This document shows, one piece after another, positions 59,671 through 64,000 of a stretch of 64,000 nt of DNA. Each line of letters starts with the position of its first letter. Positions within the stretch are counted from its first letter, which is position 1. The notes beneath the pieces are model-generated. The model searched no databases. It saw only the letters and a program-made list of their open reading frames with translations, and was not told the origin of the DNA. The DNA lies in contig JAGFCA010000015.1 in the NCBI GenBank assembly GCA_022394755.1, positions 44,693 through 108,692 of the forward strand, given 5' to 3'. A program made the translations under genes and the position numbers. Origin of the DNA: Candidatus Poribacteria bacterium (GTDB lineage: Bacteria; Poribacteria; WGA-4E; WGA-3G).

Positions 59671-61713
59671 TTATTCAAAGGTTCCACCTTTTTTTTCTAT
59701 TAAAGCTGTTTGCATCCAACTCCATCTAATATTTTCAGGTCCAATATCCTCCCATTCCTGACCAGTTAGAATGACATAATCTTCATCACCGTTATCAACA
59801 TCATCCGGTTCATGTTTTGCCCAATTGGTATATTCAGAAGTATCTCCATTCTGCCATTGCCATTGTCCTTCTTCTTCAATATCAGTAAGACCAATTAATA
59901 AACGTATCGGATTGAAAACCATACTTATCCACTCCTGTTCTTCTTCATCATTTATCGTAACAAGATACGCTTCTTCATCCTTTGCTTGTATAATCGCATC
60001 TTCAGGACTGAGACAACTGATTTTCTTATAGGCATGACCATTTGCAGGATTTACTACCCAAACATCCCGCGCGTCAATTCGACTATGAGCTGATACATTC
60101 GCTTTGAACAGAGGGTTCTCTGGAGCATTAGGCAAGATCGGTTCTGTCAAGTTAAAGGTTACTTCATGGAACCGATCATTAAGTTTTACAATTATCGGTT
60201 TTAATATAACCCTTTGTGCTTTATATTCAATTGACATTATGTAGAATCCATCTAATTGATGATTTATAACTTGAACAAAGTTCCCATCATTATCTGTCTT
60301 TTGTCCCCATGAATCCCGTCCTTCAAGACTATCTAAACCCAAATGTTTTACTTTGAAGTCTATTCGTTCATTGGCAACTGGTGTTCCATCTACTTGTAAC
60401 ACCGTTCCCTTGACTTCTATGAATTGACGAACAGTAACTTCAATACTGTTAAGTTGCTCTCTGGTTTTTGCAGCAAATACAATCCCACGATGAATTGCTC
60501 TTCCACCAAGGGAATAGAAGGTCATTCCTTTGGTTTTTATTTTAATGATTTCAGAATCCGGGTCGAAATACGGTAAAACTCCCAATAGCACCGGTTCCGT
60601 GTATAGAATCGGTATATGGAAACTCCCGTCTGTATTAATCTCTGCTGGGTATGCTAATGGGTCATTAGGAAAGAAACTTTCAGCTGATGCTTTTGGAAAC
60701 CAAGCCCCTATACCTTCTTCAACAGGCATAATGGCGATCTTGACATCATCAACTGGATTTCCTTTTTCATCTATGATATGACCAGAAGCCGAATAACTTT
60801 CCTTGTTATTCTGTTTGTCACTTTTGTCAACACTTTCATCTGCAGCATCTACTGTTCCTATCTGATTCTTTACATTCGGATCAGATGGTAAATTTGAAAA
60901 TACACTGGCATCCACTATGTCTATTGACATCTCAGATGTTGCTTCTAAATTGTAGGGTTGCTGAAATACAGCCCTACGTTGTGAGCCAAATCCAAGCATC
61001 AATGCCACCAATAAAAACGTTGATGTTGTTATAATCCAAGGAACAACTGGTCTTCCCCCTGAAGAAGAGGGATCAATCTGTATACCAGTTTCTTTGATCG
61101 TTCTTACAATGTTCTGTGTTAAGTCTGCTGAGGGTTGGTATCCTCCTAAAGTCTCACGCACCATACGATCCTCCTTTGCTAAACGCCTACGCGCACGATG
61201 AAGACGACTTTTTACTGTGTTCAACGATACACCTAAAAACTCACTTATCTCTTTAATTGGACTATCAGCCAGATAATGAAGTGTCACTACAATTCTCTCA
61301 CTTTCTGGTAGTTTTTGGAGGAGACGTTTTACAAGAGCAACCCGTTTTTCTGAAACGCGTTCTTCACGCTGTGCTGTGGCATAATCAGAATAAAGTTGTT
61401 CCTCAAGTTTAACAATTGGAATGGTTTCTAAGGATTGCATTTCTTGTGGAGATTTTCTTAACAATGTATCGCACATACGATTTGCTATCACATAGAGCCA
61501 ACCGGCAAACAACTGAGGATTCTTCAGTGTGTTGAGTTTTCTGTAAGCTCTGAGGAAAGTGTCCTGTGTAATCTCTTCAGCAATATGAAAATCACCGATC
61601 TTACGCCATGCAAGCGCGTGCACACGTTTTTGGTATCTCTGCACTAAAACAGTAAATGCATCTTGGTTACCAGATAATGTCTGTTTTATCAATTGATAAT
61701 CGGTCATTTCCAT
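59671..61713 (-). CDS. ECF sigma-70 factor fused via a TM helix to carboxypeptidase-regulatory-like and C-type lectin domains
   Basis: sigma2 AEEITQDTFLRAY..FAGWLYVIA; sigma4 EISEFLGVSLNTVKSRLHRAR; TM PWIITTSTFLLVALMLGFG; lectin IGLTD.EEEGQWQW..YTNW..EPD; ATG 61713 with RBS ggaga. Confidence 0.9.
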   Translation of the reverse strand: MEMTDYQLIKQTLSGNQDAFTVLVQRYQKRVHALAWRKIGDFHIAEEITQDTFLRAYRKLNTLKNPQLFAGWLYVIANRMCDTLLRKSPQEMQSLETIPIVKLEEQLYSDYATAQREERVSEKRVALVKRLLQKLPESERIVVTLHYLADSPIKEISEFLGVSLNTVKSRLHRARRRLAKEDRMVRETLGGYQPSADLTQNIVRTIKETGIQIDPSSSGGRPVVPWIITTSTFLLVALMLGFGSQRRAVFQQPYNLEATSEMSIDIVDASVFSNLPSDPNVKNQIGTVDAADESVDKSDKQNNKESYSASGHIIDEKGNPVDDVKIAIMPVEEGIGAWFPKASAESFFPNDPLAYPAEINTDGSFHIPILYTEPVLLGVLPYFDPDSEIIKIKTKGMTFYSLGGRAIHRGIVFAAKTREQLNSIEVTVRQFIEVKGTVLQVDGTPVANERIDFKVKHLGLDSLEGRDSWGQKTDNDGNFVQVINHQLDGFYIMSIEYKAQRVILKPIIVKLNDRFHEVTFNLTEPILPNAPENPLFKANVSAHSRIDARDVWVVNPANGHAYKKISCLSPEDAIIQAKDEEAYLVTINDEEEQEWISMVFNPIRLLIGLTDIEEEGQWQWQNGDTSEYTNWAKHEPDDVDNGDEDYVILTGQEWEDIGPENIRWSWMQTALIEKKGGTFE

Positions 61714-61746
61714 GTGTCTTCTCCAAATGTCTGTTTCATAATACAA

Positions 61747-61775
61747 AGACACCTAATTACAATGCAAAGGTTGCA
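61747..61775 (-). promoter_or_regulatory. Candidate ECF-sigma (auto)promoter
   Basis: TGCAACC-tttgcattgtaattag-GTGTCT; AAC/GTC-type ECF elements about 35 nt upstream of the ATG. Confidence 0.5.
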
Positions 61776-63060
61776 TAAAATGCAAGTATATCGATAATTT
61801 GTGAAAAATAAAGTGGAAGATGAATAGATAAAGGATATAATATGTCAGAAAAAGAACTACATAAGGAACGGTGTAACTTCATTATCCGATTTCTTTTTCA
61901 TTTAACTTTAACATTACGACATATAACAAAATATAACCAATTAGCCAATGAGTTGTAGTCCCGTAGGGACGCAATGTTATGTCGTTACCACCAATATCCC
62001 AAACCCCAGCGGACAGGTCCATCAAATTTGCAGGTGTTTTCTTTTTTGTATATAGATGTGTTACTATTTATCACTTTATATAAGTACTTTTACACACAAA
62101 CTATAGTATTGGCAATTTCTGAGAAGGAACAACCAATTTTCAAAAGTCTCTGGTTATAATCCCATTCCCCACACCGATCCCTGAGAAAGACAAACTCAGA
62201 TGAAAAATTAGCCTAAGTCTATAAGATGTGTACCTCTTAAAACTGCCCAAACTTATTAACATATACCAATACCTTGTATAATCCTATTCTTAGCTATATC
62301 AATCAATAATATACCACTTCAAATTGAAATGTCTCTATTTCTACAAACTGTCAGTTTGTGATGTATTATATTACATCTCACATAAACCTGCAATGTAGTC
62401 CTGTTTTTTAAAATTAGTATGGGCTATCAGACTCACATAAAAAATCTACAACTAAAACCAATAAATATTCTTACACATGGTTCAGACAGATTTAATCAAT
62501 TTATCTAAAACTTTTTGAAGAAAAAACTTACAAATACAATCTAAAGTAACATACGTGACAAAATCCGTTGCATATAGTTATTAACGTGTGTTATTCTATT
62601 TTATGTATAATGAAAAATATCAACTAAAAGGGTTATCCAGTGATAAATATATACAGATCTACATATCTACACAAAACACTATATAATTCCCTACAAACCT
62701 ATGGCCTAACAAGGTTAATAGAAGTTTTACACAAAAACACACTTTTCAAGTTTTTCAAATTTTTAAAAAATCACATCACTTCACTAATTCGCTATGATCC
62801 CAAATCCAGACTGACTTCACCGTACTTCAGTTTTAAATATTTAAAAAATAAACTTGAAAAACTTGAAAAACTAAACATTAAGGTTGAAATCTATTTAAAC
62901 TGATTTAAAGTTCTGATAATTCAAACGAAATGTGTATTGCTTAAATTATCGAAACTAAAGGAAATATAACAATTTTTTAAATTTGAGAATTCTATATTAA
63001 ATATGCTATAAACGCATACAGGGACTGTAATGAAAGGATCTATACTTGCATGAATTAAAA

Positions 63061-63336
63061 CTACACTTTGTAGGAAAAGTGTAACATTTTAAGACTTTTC
63101 TAATAGAATATTGTAAGTTGGAAATAGCGAATAAATCACAAGAAAAATGCAGGACCTTAGATGGAATAATACTGAAAACTGTAAACTGTAAACTGCAAAC
63201 CAATATAGGAAATGTGTAACATTATTAAGACTTCTCTAATAAAATATTGTAAGTTGGAAATAGTGGTAAAATCATAAGAAAAATGCAAGACCTTAGATGG
63301 AATAATACTAAAAACTATAAACTACAAACTGTAAAC
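63061..63336. repeat. Tandem ~135-bp duplication; first unit shares a 30-bp exact inverted copy with 3735..3764
   Basis: Units 63071..63200 and 63206..63336; CTACACTTTGTAGGAAAAGTGTAACATTTT. Confidence 0.85.
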
Positions 63337-63509
63337 TAAAATATATGTGATTCACGAAGAATTGGTACAATTAAATTTATAAACCCTTATACAGTAAGGG
63401 TTCGTAAAATTGCTTCGTGCAGGTTTGCGTGAAAGTGCTATCAACCCCAATACTGAAAATTAACACATTATCGTATCACATTACCCACATATCCACTATT
63501 ATTAATGGA

Positions 63510-63538
63510 TTGACAAATTGAGAGTAAAATGATAGCAT
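63510..63538 (+). promoter_or_regulatory. Candidate sigma70 promoter of dgoD
   Basis: TTGACA-17 bp-TAGCAT with TG extension. Confidence 0.5.
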
Positions 63539-63592
63539 AAACCTTCTACCGCTTATAGTTCTAATATCAATCTCATTCTAAGGTAACCACTG

Positions 63593-64000
63593 ATGAAAAT
63601 AACAAAATTAGAGACGTTTCTTGTTCAGCCACGCTGGCTTTTTCTGAAAATTCATACAGATGAAGGATTAGTAGGACTCGGTGAACCAATTTTAGAAGGT
63701 CGTGCCAAGACATGTGCACAAGCTGTTGATGAACTTGCCCCATATCTAATTGGGGAAGATCCAAGACGTGTTGTTCACCACTGGCAAGCAATGTATCGAC
63801 ACGCATTCTACCGTGGAGGTCCTATCTTAACAAGTGCATTGAGTGGCGTAGAACAGGCACTCTGGGACCTTGCCGGAAAAGCACTTGATGTCCCTGTCTA
63901 CCAACTCTTCGGTGGACCAACACGAGACCGTATAAGGTTATATAAAGGTGGGGGCGACCCCGAGGGAATTAAAGAGTGGATCGATAAAGGCTTTACTGCA
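63593..64000 (+). CDS. dgoD: Galactonate dehydratase (enolase superfamily), partial
   Basis: Not in the ORF track: MKITKLETFLVQPRWLFLKIHTDEGLVGLGEPILEGRA...FYRGGPILTSALSGVEQALWDLAGK. Confidence 0.9.
   Translation, partial: MKITKLETFLVQPRWLFLKIHTDEGLVGLGEPILEGRAKTCAQAVDELAPYLIGEDPRRVVHHWQAMYRHAFYRGGPILTSALSGVEQALWDLAGKALDVPVYQLFGGPTRDRIRLYKGGGDPEGIKEWIDKGFTA

Overview
Low-GC diderm bacterial chromosome window (lpxB/lpxK present). The gene repertoire suggests Candidatus Poribacteria (inference): PhyH dioxygenases, an ECF-sigma fusion, a C-terminal AVxPxxKxTTxWGxLK motif, a DUF6785-like membrane protein and a SelN-like protein. Housekeeping content: a heme operon (hemE, MBL-TPR gene, hemH, hemY), the tRNA-rpmG-secE-nusG-rplKAJL cluster (without tuf or rpoBC), rpoZ, mqnC, a ppiD-like chaperone, ogg, argC-lpxB-lpxK, an orphan dnaN and a partial dgoD. 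The strongest candidates for novelty are four. (i) An operon encoding a 2703-aa acidic Ig-rich surface protein with a T9SS/FlgD-like CTD, a PorV-like beta-barrel and a LysM-coiled-coil-TM protein. (ii) A transmembrane ECF sigma factor fused to a C-type lectin, followed by a secreted copy of its own ectodomain. (iii) A secreted selenoprotein-N-like protein with a ~200-aa coiled-coil insertion, missed by the ORF track. (iv) Intergenic mosaics of MITEs carrying covarying hairpin doublets spaced 51-54 bp apart. There is also a GC-richer two-gene island next to a pile-up of three IS elements. All family assignments come from motif recognition by eye, not database searches.
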